A stretch of 64,000 bases of DNA from Candidatus Oxydemutatoraceae bacterium (GTDB taxonomy: Bacteria; Pseudomonadota; Gammaproteobacteria; Poriferisulfidales; Oxydemutatoraceae): the NCBI GenBank assembly GCA_965218975.1, contig OZ244717.1, forward strand, positions 416,001-480,000. The letters run 5' to 3'. Position 1 is the first letter of the stretch, and every line of letters starts with the position of its first letter. Position numbers and translations under genes: made by a program. Of this stretch, positions 1-9,916 are shown in pieces. Under the pieces are notes generated by a model. That model was not told where the DNA came from and made no database searches. It saw only the letters and a program-made list of their open reading frames with translations.

Positions 1-203
1 TCGGCGATAGAATCGAAATAGCTAATGCTTTTATCCAAATACTAGAGGCGGTAGGTAGACCTCTAAGCGGTCAAGAATTGAAACACCGCTTATCTGACAT
101 CAGGGAAGTTTCAGAAAACATGCAGATACACGAAAATGAACGTTTGATCGTAGTTGGCCCAAACTTATGGGGGCTGAGTGATTGGGGCTATTCAAAAGGG
201 TGA
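1..203 (+). CDS. 3' end of a hypothetical protein, possibly with a HARE-HTH/RNAP-delta-like winged helix
   Basis: Frame from nt 3 reads GDRIEIANAFIQILEAVGRPLSGQELKHRL...GPNLWGLSDWGYSKG*. The stop lies inside IS-derived sequence. Confidence 0.45.
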   Translation, partial: GDRIEIANAFIQILEAVGRPLSGQELKHRLSDIREVSENMQIHENERLIVVGPNLWGLSDWGYSKG

Positions 204-966
204 CCGACATGCAATATCAACACATCGGCCACCGCATCAAAGGTTTCTATATGAGCCAATTTAACTAACAAAATGGAGGCTCATGAGCACTCTAATCTTC
301 AACAGAAATATGCTGCCCTCATTTTGGGAGGGTTGTAACTCCCGGGCACATTCAAGATCGGTCGCAGTACTTTGTACCGCTGGCGCCGGCGCTATCGCCG
401 CACTGAGCAGAGCGCCTTGCATGACCGCGACCCCGCTTGCGCGCCTCGGCGCGGGCAGGAAAGCGCCGCGCAAGAGGCGGCGGCGGATTGTGCCGGATTG
501 TCGGTAGGTTGTGCCGGATTATTAGCAAAGTACATGTCGTCCATGACGAAACTTCGTGCTGTCAACAAACCCCAGCCCCGACATCCTTGTCGGGTCGTTC
601 ACCGCTGAAAACCGTTCGGTTTTCCGGGCGCGTCTCATCCATGACGAAACTTCGTGCTGTCAACAAACCCCAGCCCCGACATCCTTGTCGGGTCGTTCGC
701 CGCTGAAAACCAATTGGTTTTCCGGGCGCGCCTCACCCATGACGAGACTTGGTGCTGTCAATGAACCCCAGCCCCGACGTCCTTGCCGGGTCGTTCACCG
801 CTGAAAACCGATCGGTCCTGCCTGTGCGGCGCACGCAGACAAGTTTCCGGGCGCGTCTCACCCTGCACCGCCCTCATGCCAGCAACGGACAGAAAGCACC
901 GGTCCGAATGTTACTGCCGAATACTTCTCCAGAAGATCTGCAAGAATCCCACTAGGGTGGCATCGT
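194..966 (+). mobile_element. Degenerate IS481-family element: transposase 5' remnant, internal palindromic module and 3' remnant
   Basis: Starts MQYQHIGHRIKGFY (also at 1116 and reversed near 27845). The 3' part LHRPHASNGQKAP matches copies that carry PKMNAHIKRFNRT integrase-core motifs. Confidence 0.75.
543..815. repeat. 98-bp tandem repeat (about 2.8 units) of the palindromic module
   Basis: Units start at 543, 641 and 739. Each has a CCGACA..TGTCGG-type hairpin; the first two also have a GAAAACC-N4-GGTTTTC palindrome. Confidence 0.9.
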
Positions 967-1210
967 TGCATAAGCTCAGAAACATTTGGCACTCCGCCCG
1001 ACATGAGGAGCAGCCATGCAAATCCAATATATAGGTTATCGAATCCGGGGGGTTGCCGGGTGTACGTGTCCGGATACATACCGGATTCTCGGACCTCAAT
1101 AAAAAGGTGACCGATATGCGATATCAGCACATCGGCCACCGCATCAAAGGTTTCTATAAAATAGCTAATTTTGCTTCAAAAATGGAGGCTCATGAGCACA
1201 GCTGCTCAAC
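967..1210 (+). mobile_element. Two abutting IS481-family left-end fragments
   Basis: 967-1060 (CATAAGCTCAGAA..MQIQYIGYRIRG) resembles the reverse strand at 40040-40110. From 1061, TGTACGTGTCCGGATACATA..MRYQHIGHRIKGFY resembles 8949 and the reverse strand near 27900. Confidence 0.7.
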
Positions 1211-1688
1211 AGAAACACGATGTCCTCTGAGCATGCGGCCAGGGGACATCACCATGATCGCCATAGACGCGATGAGCATGTGCATGATGAAGAGCGTCAT
1301 CACGACCGCCGCCAACGCGATATGCACATCTGGCTTGATCCGGAAAATGCCAAACAAATCGCGCGCGCCATTGCTGAAGAATTAAGCGCAGTCTATCCCG
1401 GCAACCGTGACGCGTACAAGGCTAATGCCGCCGATCTGATTAGCCGTATCGATACACTAGACGCAATGCTGCGGTCTGAGTTAGCGGAGTTGCGAGATAA
1501 ACGGTTCGTCGTTTTCCATGACGCCCATCAGTACTTTGAACGCCATTATGGATTGAGCGCGGTCGGGTCAATCGCATTTGATCCCGGCGCGGCGCCGTTG
1601 CCGAACCATATCCGAACAGCGCGCGCAGCTGCGGCAAACGGGCGCAAAATGCGTCTTTCGCGAACCTCAATTCTCAGACCGAGTAATC

Positions 1689-1711
1689 AATACCGTCATT
1701 GAAGGAACAGT
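1689..1711. repeat. 23-bp target-site duplication (second copy 3624-3646)
   Basis: AATACCGTCATTGAAGGAACAGT occurs on both sides of the IS. Confidence 0.95.
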
Positions 1712-3623
1712 CTTGACTTCGTAGGTTTTGACCTTTGGGCAAAAAATAAATCTTTTATTATCATAGGGTTACCCGGACGCTGCCGAAAAACCCTATTGTA
1801 GTGCCCCCAGGCTTGTTTTCACTTGGATTTTGGGTTATCATTCGGGTCTATGTACTTGCGTGAAAAATATGATCCCGAACGTGGCCGCACTCGCTTGCAG
1901 ATCGTGCGCTCCGTGCGCACTGCCGATGGTCCGCGTCAGCGTGTGGTTCGGCATATCGGCGCTGCCGACAGTCCCGAGCAGCTTGCATCTTTGCGCAAGC
2001 TCGGCGAGGTCACCTTGGAAGAGCTGCGCCAAGCCGGTACAGCACAACAGTCGCTGTTCACACCGAAGCAGTACGCGGATCTCGCAGCTGAGGCACGGCA
2101 CGCACCGCGTTTGGCGCGCTTCGGGGTAGATCTTGCCGAATGCCGTGAGGAGATGCGGCTGATACTTGGGGTGCGCGAGGCGTTCACGCAGATTTATTCG
2201 CACTTGGGTTGGAACCAGGTGTTGGGGGCGCGGCGCACAGTAGCGAACCGCATCCTGCGCGAGCTGGTACTGGCGCGTATCGCACAGCCGCAGAGCAAGC
2301 GCGCTACGGTGTGCGAGCTCGAACGAAGCGGCGTTTCGCTCAATCTCGACCGGGTTTACCAGACTATGGATCACCTTGAGGAGGCGGTGATCGCACGCAT
2401 CCGGGAACAGTCTCATCAGGCGGCACAGAAGTTGTATGATCAGCCCCTCAAGGTGTTCTTCTTTGATTGCACGACCCTGTACTTCGAGAGCGAGCAAGAG
2501 GACCCGTTGCGCGCGAAAGGTTATAGTAAGGACGGCAAGCCGCACCGCTGCCAGGTGTTACTGGCACTGATGACGACCTGCGACGGTCTGCCGGTGGACT
2601 ACGCACTGTTGCCGGGCAACACCTTTGAGGGCAAAACCTTGATGCAGGCAGTGACAAGTCTGCAACAGAGACATCCGGGTGCTGTATTTACAGTAGTGGC
2701 CGATGCGGCGATGCTGAGCCGTGAGAACCAGACATTCCTGCAGGAGCAGGGCTTGGCCTATGTGCTCGGCTATCGTCTCAAGTCGGCCCCGGCCAAGATC
2801 AAGCTGCAGGCCCTCAGTGCAGCAGACGATCAAGGCTGGCTCAAAACGCAGGACCTGCGTTACCGGATGATTCGCCACGAAGGCCGGCGGATCATAGTCA
2901 CCTATTCACGCCGGCGCGCGCGCAAGGATCAAGAAGTTCGGGAACGCATATTGTCACAGTTGCGCCGGAAGTATCAACGCAGCGAGCGCCCGGCAGGTTT
3001 CGTGGCGCGCGGCTATGCCTGTTACTTAAGCTTCCCCGCAAAGGGCCGGGTTAAGATTGATGCGGCCAAGGTGGCCGATGCGGCGCGTTGGGACGGCCTG
3101 CGCGCAATCATCGCACACGGCAACGAGGAGATGGCGCCAAAGGAATTGCTGTCGCAGTACCGTCGGTTGTGGGAAGTAGAACATTGCTTTCGCACTAACA
3201 AGCATGACCTTTGCATCCGCCCGATCTTTCACTGGAAGCCGCGGCGTATCCAGGCGCACATTGCGATCTGCTATATGGCCTTCTGCTGCTTGCAGCAGCT
3301 GCGCCGGCGGCTCAAAGCGCTGGGCTTCCCGATGAGCGCGGAGCGGATCCGGCGCGAGCTCGACACCTTGCAGTTGAGCATCTTGGTACGTACCGACACA
3401 CAGAAGCGGTATGCGATGCCGAGCCGCGCGAGCGCAGACGCCAACAGGATCTACCGTAGTGTCGGCCTGAAATGGAACGAAGCTCCGTTCCCGCTTCCCG
3501 ACAAGTCACGCCCTGGGGGAAGCTGAGCGCGGAGGGCTACAAACAACACCGTAATGTAGTGCCCTTGAGAATCCTGAAGGCAATAATATCAATCACTTAC
3601 GAGACAAAACCTACGAAGTCAAG
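1712..3623 (+). mobile_element. Complete IS1634-family element
   Basis: 19-bp terminal IR CTTGACTTCGTAGGTTTTG / CAAAACCTACGAAGTCAAG, flanked by a 23-bp direct repeat. Confidence 0.92.
1850..3526 (+). CDS. IS1634-family DDE transposase, intact
   Basis: Motifs FFDCTTLYFE, GYSKDGK, VVADAAM, YRRLWEVEHCFR and RPIFHW..RIQAHIAIC. ATG at 1850. Confidence 0.92.
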   Translation: MYLREKYDPERGRTRLQIVRSVRTADGPRQRVVRHIGAADSPEQLASLRKLGEVTLEELRQAGTAQQSLFTPKQYADLAAEARHAPRLARFGVDLAECREEMRLILGVREAFTQIYSHLGWNQVLGARRTVANRILRELVLARIAQPQSKRATVCELERSGVSLNLDRVYQTMDHLEEAVIARIREQSHQAAQKLYDQPLKVFFFDCTTLYFESEQEDPLRAKGYSKDGKPHRCQVLLALMTTCDGLPVDYALLPGNTFEGKTLMQAVTSLQQRHPGAVFTVVADAAMLSRENQTFLQEQGLAYVLGYRLKSAPAKIKLQALSAADDQGWLKTQDLRYRMIRHEGRRIIVTYSRRRARKDQEVRERILSQLRRKYQRSERPAGFVARGYACYLSFPAKGRVKIDAAKVADAARWDGLRAIIAHGNEEMAPKELLSQYRRLWEVEHCFRTNKHDLCIRPIFHWKPRRIQAHIAICYMAFCCLQQLRRRLKALGFPMSAERIRRELDTLQLSILVRTDTQKRYAMPSRASADANRIYRSVGLKWNEAPFPLPDKSRPGGS

Positions 3624-3915
3624 AATACCGTCATTGAAGGAACAGTCGTGAAAATCGGCACGCTCAATCCCCTGGGTGTTGAACTGCGAGCAGGGGCAGA
3701 CTTGTATTTCGAACTGCTGAGAAATCTGACTAACGACCTCAAAGCCTGTCTTGACTAAATTAAATAGAGATGACACTATCCTTGAAACTGCGGTGTGCTT
3801 ATGGATGGGTTCTCTCTTGCGACAGAAGCGGCAAAACCGCAGTAAGCGCTGTGCCGGAGACCGGAATAACAGCGCTAAAAGCAAGTTCAGTGCCAATATT
3901 TAAGGAGAACAGCGC

Positions 3916-4276
3916 ATGAATAACGAACAGGTTGCCGATAGCTTAAAAATGGTATTAGCGGATACATACGCTTTGTATCTTAAGACCCAGAATTACCATT
4001 GGAATGTAACCGGACCGAATTTTAAGTCTTTGCACTTATTGTTTGAGGAGCAGTACACCGATTTAGCGCAGGCGGTTGACAGCGTTGCGGAACGCATTCG
4101 CACTTGCGGTAGCGATGGTGCGGGAATTGGCCGATGATCAGGAAACCATTATCAACACGCTGAAACAAACGCTGGAGAAAGAGCAAACCGCGAATGACGA
4201 AGGCACGGTCAGTTTGATGGCGGACCGGATTGCCATACATGAAAAGACTGCCTGGATGCTATGCAGCAGCGTTTAA
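3916..4276 (+). pseudogene. dps: Dps-family protein with an internal deletion and frameshift
   Basis: [21 protein letters not shown], then in another frame ELADDQE..HEKTAWML. The middle segment is missing relative to the intact copy at 33807. Confidence 0.85.
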
Positions 4277-4503
4277 TCCGAGCATATAAACGGTCCGCTG
4301 CCCAGGCCGCAGCTCCGTCTTCCAAAATGGAACCTGGCGGAAAGGGGGCCTGCCGCCAGCAGTTTTCAGGGGCAGCCAGGACACTTCTTTGATTATCATT
4401 GACATGCCGATAAATATGCCCTTTATTCTGTCAGGAGCCTGCTTGACCAATCACGCGCCATCATGCGGTACCGTGTCAAACGGGGTGTGAATTGGGGCAC
4501 GAG

Positions 4504-5070
4504 ATGGCAAGGCTCTCGGTGCGCAAGGTCGGAACCGCGCAGACCTGGGTTCAGCGGCTCACCATCCGGAGGGCGCGGACGGACAACAGCATCGGGTGCT
4601 ATCCGGCCATGAGTTTGGCGGAAGCATGCACGGCAGTCTTCGGGCGTTGGAAGACCACCAAGGCGAGCAGCCAGATCGTGGCACCGACATTCGCGGAAGC
4701 TGCCGAGACCATCATCGCCATGCGCGAACCGACTTGGCGCAGTCCAAATTCCGGGCACCAATGGCGTGCCGGTCCCGAGACCTGCGTCTCTCCGAGCATC
4801 GGAAAGCTATCCGTGTCGGAAGTGACACTGGGCCGCGTTATGGCGATTCTGCTGTCGCTCCGGAGCGCGAGACACGAGACAACTCGATGCCGGCTCTAGC
4901 CTACCCTGAGGTTACCGACTACATCACCGGGACCCGGACCGGACGGCGGGTGGTCCTCGCATTGAAGCTGGCGCTCAAGTACTCGCTCCTGACGGCCACT
5001 TGGTCGGCCGAGATGCGCAAGGCGACATCGGCCAAGACCGACATGAACAGCACCATGCGGACGCTGCTGT
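4504..5070 (+). pseudogene. P4-like tyrosine integrase remnant
   Basis: Fragments WVQRLTIR..IGCYPAMSLAEA, PTFAEAAE and LALKYSLLTATWSAEMR lie in shifting frames. Confidence 0.7.
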
Positions 5071-5098
5071 ATCATTTTTTCAGTCGTGACGCATCGCT

Positions 5099-7231
5099 AT
5101 GAAGGGGGAATTGTACGCGTGGGTCCCGTGGTTCCAGGAACTCGCCAACAAGATCGCTGAAGGGAGCCCAGAGCAACTGGCTAAGCGCGCGCGACAGGTC
5201 AAATGGCGCGACAGCGACGACACACATCCACTTCTGAAGTATGGCCCGGACAATATTGACCCATTCTCGTTCATCTACACGCTTACGGCGAACTGCGGTA
5301 AGGTCGCGAGCCGAACGAGGGTCGTTGGAAGCGTCTCGACCGTCTTCGAACTGCAGGCTAAATTGCCCGTGGACCTTGACTATGCCTTCTATTTCCCACG
5401 TGCCAACCCGCAGAACACACTCTTCCACCAGGACGGCGTCGGCAATCCGAAGCTGCTCTGGGAGCTATTTCGAGACGCTGTACAGGGAATTGACTCGGTC
5501 CGTGCTGAGGTTTTTAGCGATGCCCTGCAGATCAAAAACGTGCGTATCACGAAACTCACACAGACGCTGTTCCTAATTGACGGGAAGGTTTTTATGCCGT
5601 ACGACAAATCAACGCGGCCGTTACTTGGGGACAAGGTGCCCAAAACGCCGGACTGGCAACATTACAGGCAAGCCATAGACGCAATGCGAGCCGCGTTCCC
5701 GGGTTGTGAGCTCTACGAGATTAACCTGTTCGCGTACTTAACACACAAGGGCATAATTAATAAGGTAGGAACAAAGATATTTCAGGTGAGCACCAACGTA
5801 TTTGACGACGGCGTGGACCATTGGGAAGACTTTGACCGGAACAGCTGGGTGTACACGAACGAAGTCGCGCCGGAAGTTGAATCCGAGCAGGATGGCACAC
5901 CGCCACCGCGCACGTACCCAGTCAATGCGCCCAATACAGGCGATGTAGTGCTGGCACACAATGGCGACGCAGGCAAAGGCATCGGGATCATCTGGCCGAA
6001 CGACTATCGGCATAGTCGGCTGCACGTGGTCTGGCTGAACAAGATGCAGACGTCGCTGGGCGCCAGGTTCACACCCCAGCGTGGTTTCACTCAAGCCCAT
6101 AAGATTGAGCAAGCGTTCCGCAGGTGCGAGGCGTATCAACCGACATTCGCTAAGATTGACGGGCTACAGGCAATCCATGAAGCGGAGTTGACGGAGGAAG
6201 GCAAAGCGGAGGTTCGGTCGGATCTTGGAATCTCTCAGCCGCTCAACCAGATTCTCTACGGTCCACCGGGCACGGGCAAAACATGGCATACGGTGAATCT
6301 GGCGCTCGCCATCGTTAATGGTCGCCCGAACGGCGACCACAACCTCGAGCAGTTTGAGGCTCTTCGGTTTGACCCGGCGGCGGGTAAGGGGACAGGTAAG
6401 GGCAACATTGCCATGGTAACCTTCCACCAGAACTTCGCCTACGAAGACTTCGTGGAGGGTATCCGTCCCATCCTCAAGGACGATGCGGAGGGAGGATTGC
6501 GGTACTGTCTCCACCAGGGTTTGTTCAAGCAGATTGCGACTGCCGCGCGCGAGCGGCCGAGCGAGCGTTTCGTTCTCATCATTGATGAGATCAATCGGGG
6601 TAACATCGCGAGGATATTCGGCGAACTCATCACTCTGATTGAAGACAGCCGACGGGTGGGCGGTCCTGAGGAGACGCGCGTGATGCTGCCCTATTCCAAC
6701 GAACAATTCGGTGTCCCAAAAAACTTATACCTCATCGGCACGATGAATACGGCCGACCGTTCAATCCAGCTGCTCGACACCGCGCTACGGCGCCGTTTCG
6801 CGTTCGTTGAGATGATGCCCGACCCGGATCATGACAGCATGGCCCGAATCGAGAACCTGAGCTGCGCCCAAATGCTGAGGACGATCAACAACCGGATTGC
6901 GCTGCTGCTGGACCGGGAGCACCAGATCGGACACACGTATCTGCTTGACGTGAACGACATAGAGACACTCGCGCACAGATTCAAGAGCCAGATTTTTCCG
7001 CTGCTGCAAGAGTACTTCTTTGACGATTGGTCAAAGATCAAGGCAGTGCTTGGCGCCAGTCCATTTGTTGAAGTTGATTCTGCGGCCGAAAAGAAGCTCC
7101 TTGACCCTGAGTTGACCGACGATGGCCGCAAGATTTTCACGCGACTTTCAGACAATGACCCGCAGTGGAAGTCCTCGGAATCGTACCGCAAAATCTACCA
7201 GACAGAGCCCGGTCCACCGGAAGAAAGCTGA
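5099..7231 (+). CDS. mcrB: McrB-family AAA+ GTPase (type IV restriction)
   Basis: GPPGTGKT, VTFHQNFAYEDFVEG, IIDEINRG and the McrB signature MNTADRS, with a roughly 380-aa N-terminal extension. Confidence 0.9.
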   Translation: MKGELYAWVPWFQELANKIAEGSPEQLAKRARQVKWRDSDDTHPLLKYGPDNIDPFSFIYTLTANCGKVASRTRVVGSVSTVFELQAKLPVDLDYAFYFPRANPQNTLFHQDGVGNPKLLWELFRDAVQGIDSVRAEVFSDALQIKNVRITKLTQTLFLIDGKVFMPYDKSTRPLLGDKVPKTPDWQHYRQAIDAMRAAFPGCELYEINLFAYLTHKGIINKVGTKIFQVSTNVFDDGVDHWEDFDRNSWVYTNEVAPEVESEQDGTPPPRTYPVNAPNTGDVVLAHNGDAGKGIGIIWPNDYRHSRLHVVWLNKMQTSLGARFTPQRGFTQAHKIEQAFRRCEAYQPTFAKIDGLQAIHEAELTEEGKAEVRSDLGISQPLNQILYGPPGTGKTWHTVNLALAIVNGRPNGDHNLEQFEALRFDPAAGKGTGKGNIAMVTFHQNFAYEDFVEGIRPILKDDAEGGLRYCLHQGLFKQIATAARERPSERFVLIIDEINRGNIARIFGELITLIEDSRRVGGPEETRVMLPYSNEQFGVPKNLYLIGTMNTADRSIQLLDTALRRRFAFVEMMPDPDHDSMARIENLSCAQMLRTINNRIALLLDREHQIGHTYLLDVNDIETLAHRFKSQIFPLLQEYFFDDWSKIKAVLGASPFVEVDSAAEKKLLDPELTDDGRKIFTRLSDNDPQWKSSESYRKIYQTEPGPPEES

Positions 7232-8490
7232 TGCCGCAGGTCCATACGGTCCGGGAGCACGATATGCTCAAAGCCGGACCGACGTTGTCGGCGGCCGAAG
7301 TCGACGAACTCTGCGCATTCACCCCGAAAGTGTTCAAGCGGCGCGACGGCGATCTGGTCGCTAGCAGTCACGTTGGCATCGTCACAACAAACCGCGGCAC
7401 GGTCGTGGAGATCCTGCCGAAGATTGATCTTGATGACAGCGGCGACGCGGGGTATGAGCGCACGAGGCAAGTGTTCCTGCAGATGTTACGGCACTGGAAG
7501 GGTCTCGGCGCGCCACTGCCGCCGAGCGACATTCGGGCGTTTTCCCGCTTCCCGATGCTCGAGGTGTTCGTGCGGCAGTTCCTCAAGCACGTGATCGAAT
7601 TGGCACGGCGCGGCCTTGCCAGACGCTACGTTGGGGTTGAAGAGAACCTGCCTTTTCTTCGCGGACGAATTGTCTTCGCGCGCCAGCTCCGGGAAAACAT
7701 CGTCAACCAGGCCCGGTTCCATGTTGCCCACGACGAACTAACCACCAACCGCCCAGCCAACCGCCTGATCCGCAGTACGCTACTACGACTCGCGGCGCGC
7801 ATTCGCGAGCCCGGGAACCGGCAGATGCTACGAGAGGCACTGGTTAGCCTGGCGGATGTACCACCTGCCGAGGACATCAATGCGGATTGGCGGAACCATC
7901 ACGTGGACCGTTCAATGCTGCACTATCATGCCGTAATGCAATGGGTTGGTCTGTTCCTGTTCGATCGAGGACTGACGACCTTCTCAGGGCCTCACACGGA
8001 CTTGTCCCTTTTGTTTTCGATGGAGCGGGTGTTCGAGGACTTCGTGACGGACAGTTTCCGGCGCTACCAGCGTCGCTACCGTGTCTGGGCACAGCGCCCG
8101 CAACGGCCAATGGCATCAATCGGCGGCCGCAGAGCTTTTATGATGAAGCCGGACATCTCGCTCCTGCGGGGAAGCCGGGGAGGCAAGGCTGCCTTTATCC
8201 TGGACGCCAAGTGGAAACGAATCAACGCTGGGCGCGATCACCCAAAACACGGCATTGATCAAGGCGATCTCTACCAGCTTTATGCGTACGGCAAACGCAA
8301 CGACTGCGACGCCGTTGCACTGGTCTATCCGCGAAATCGCGCATTCCGGAACACGCTGCATTATCGCTTCTTTGATGACCTGCCGCTACTTGCGGTTCCG
8401 TTTGACGTGACGCGACCGGAGGCAACAACGGTACAAGTCATTCAGGCGCTTGAGCAAAGTGTTGCACGAGATTCCAAAAGTTTGAGTTGA
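7231..8490 (+). CDS. mcrC: McrC-family PD-(D/E)xK nuclease
   Basis: Coupled to mcrB by a TGATG overlap. Motifs EILPKI, MERVFEDFV, KPDI..LDAKWK and DLYQLYAY. Confidence 0.9.
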   Translation: MPQVHTVREHDMLKAGPTLSAAEVDELCAFTPKVFKRRDGDLVASSHVGIVTTNRGTVVEILPKIDLDDSGDAGYERTRQVFLQMLRHWKGLGAPLPPSDIRAFSRFPMLEVFVRQFLKHVIELARRGLARRYVGVEENLPFLRGRIVFARQLRENIVNQARFHVAHDELTTNRPANRLIRSTLLRLAARIREPGNRQMLREALVSLADVPPAEDINADWRNHHVDRSMLHYHAVMQWVGLFLFDRGLTTFSGPHTDLSLLFSMERVFEDFVTDSFRRYQRRYRVWAQRPQRPMASIGGRRAFMMKPDISLLRGSRGGKAAFILDAKWKRINAGRDHPKHGIDQGDLYQLYAYGKRNDCDAVALVYPRNRAFRNTLHYRFFDDLPLLAVPFDVTRPEATTVQVIQALEQSVARDSKSLS

Positions 8491-8948
8491 TCACGCCTGT
8501 CATTGCCGCGCCGGCGGACAGTGACAGGCTGCTAAATCGCCCGAAGCGCCTGCAGCGACGCAGCTTGCTAAGCATGTTCCTTCGTGCCGAATTGATGATG
8601 CGGCATTCCGGCGTGATACATGCGTAGCAACTGTAGGCTACACATGGTAGCCGTGACCGGCCCGGGAAACCGACGTGGCGCCGAAGGATATTAAAGCGCC
8701 ATACCGCAGCATCGCGACCTGGAGGACGCACCGGGAGATGGTGCACCGGCACGTCACGTTGAGTAATTGACGAGCGCATCATAGGCGGCTTGGCGGCTGC
8801 AGAACGGAAGGCGCGCTGCATGACCAAGCAGCAATCCAGCTTGGAAGCCGACCTCGCCGTGGCATGACGGATCACGTGGATGCAAAACCCAGCGCGCAGA
8901 CAGCAAACCACACGCGTGAACTGATGCCCGAAACCGAAGATCGCGGCC

Positions 8949-9326
8949 TGTATAGTGCCAGATACATATGGGACTCACGGCTTAATCTAAATCGGTTTGC
9001 CGTTTCAGGGGAAACTACAGACCGGATGTCACCGGGCGCATTCTTGGCAGCCCTAAGCTCTTCGAACCGATGAAACCGTTTTGTGTTTGTTGTCGGATTG
9101 TTGGCAAAGTACATGTCGTCCATGACGAGACTTGGTGCTGTCAATGAACCCCAGCCCCGACATCCTTGTCGGGTCGTTCGCCGCTGAAAACCAATTGGTT
9201 TTCCGGGCGCGTCTCACCCGGCACCGCCCTCATGCCGGCAACGGACCGAAAGCACCGGCCCGAATGTTACTGCCGAACACTTCTCTCGAAGCGCTTCAAA
9301 AATCCCATTTAGGGTGGCATCGTACA
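8949..9326 (+). mobile_element. Non-autonomous IS481-family derivative (MITE-like) with both ends
   Basis: Runs 5' TGTATAGTGCCAGATACATATGGGA to TCCCATTTAGGGTGGCATCGTACA 3' (imperfect IR, TGT..ACA ends). Carries the palindromic module. No TSD seen. Confidence 0.8.
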
Positions 9327-9331
9327 AATGA

Positions 9332-9360
9332 TAGCCGAATCCGAGCAATTTGGTTATAAT
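9332..9360 (+). promoter_or_regulatory. Sigma70-type promoter of ssrA
   Basis: TAGCCG-N17-TATAAT, about 23 nt upstream of the tmRNA. Confidence 0.7.
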
Positions 9361-9382
9361 CCCTCGCGCTGATTAATTTCTC

Positions 9383-9751
9383 TGGGGCGATCTGGCTTCG
9401 ACGGAGATCACAAAACTTGAGGCGCATGCCGAGCCGGCAGTAAAACTCGTAAAACTGGACTGCAAAATATTAGTTGCCAACGAAGACAACTACGCACTGG
9501 CGGCCTAAGAAACCGTCCATGCCTCTTATGAATTAGGTGCTTGTGCCGGTTCAATAAGGGTCGTTTACACAAGATCGCAGCAAGATAGTCTGTGTTCTTG
9601 CTGTTAAACCTGGTAACAGGTTAATACAGAATCGTTGATGACAGCTCTTGTTTGGTCAGAAGTTATCAATTAAATTAAAGACGAAACTAAGCATGTAGGG
9701 CCAACAGCGGCGGATTTTCGGACGCGGGTTCAATTCCCGCCGCCTCCACCA
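9383..9751 (+). ncRNA. ssrA: tmRNA; tag peptide ANEDNYALAA* at 9476-9508
   Basis: 5' GGGGCGATCTGGCTTCGACGG, GCATGCCGAG, the tag ORF, and a 3' T-arm plus acceptor GCGGGTTCAATTCCCGCCGCCTCCACCA. Confidence 0.97.
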
Positions 9752-9862
9752 CTGAGATTTCCTATAAAGTCCGATAGCGTCTGAATATCCTTTATAAAAC
9801 AATATTCTAAGGTGTTTTATTGTCTTATAGTGTATAAAGCTATGTTGTAAAATCCAGCAGTT

Positions 9863-9915
9863 TTAGTAATACTCTTAGTAATACAGCACATGTTTACTTA
9901 GGAGCGTATTACTAA
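9863..9915. promoter_or_regulatory. Putative integrase arm-type binding sites
   Basis: TTAGTAATAC at 9863 and 9875, with the inverted GTATTACTAA at 9906. Confidence 0.55.
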
Positions 9916-9916
9916 A

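Larger units (their letters stand above)
1220..3758 (+). pseudogene. znuA: Zinc ABC transporter substrate-binding protein (ZnuA-like), 5'-truncated, frameshifted and split by IS1634
   Basis: Has a His-rich loop, DMHIWLDPENA and VFHDAHQYFERHYGL. The reading resumes after the IS as NTVIEGTVVKIGTLNPLG...LKACLD* (stop 3758). Confidence 0.85.

Noticed and set aside
543-815. CRISPR array
   Set aside because: The units are 98-bp near-identical tandem copies with no unique spacers, and there are no cas genes.
261-1139. Many short ORFs over IS debris, and antisense ORFs over core genes
   Set aside because: They are shadow frames of repeats or real genes and carry no independent motifs.
8495-8529. 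Rho-independent terminator after mcrC
   Set aside because: There is an 8-bp stem GCCTGTCA/TGACAGGC, but the loop is long and there is no U-tract.
9140-9180. GTCAATGAACCCC plus hairpin resembling IS200/IS605 (IscB omega-RNA) ends
   Set aside because: The resemblance is short, no IscB, TnpB or TnpA ORF is in the window, and the motif is not conserved in all copies (for example 43283).
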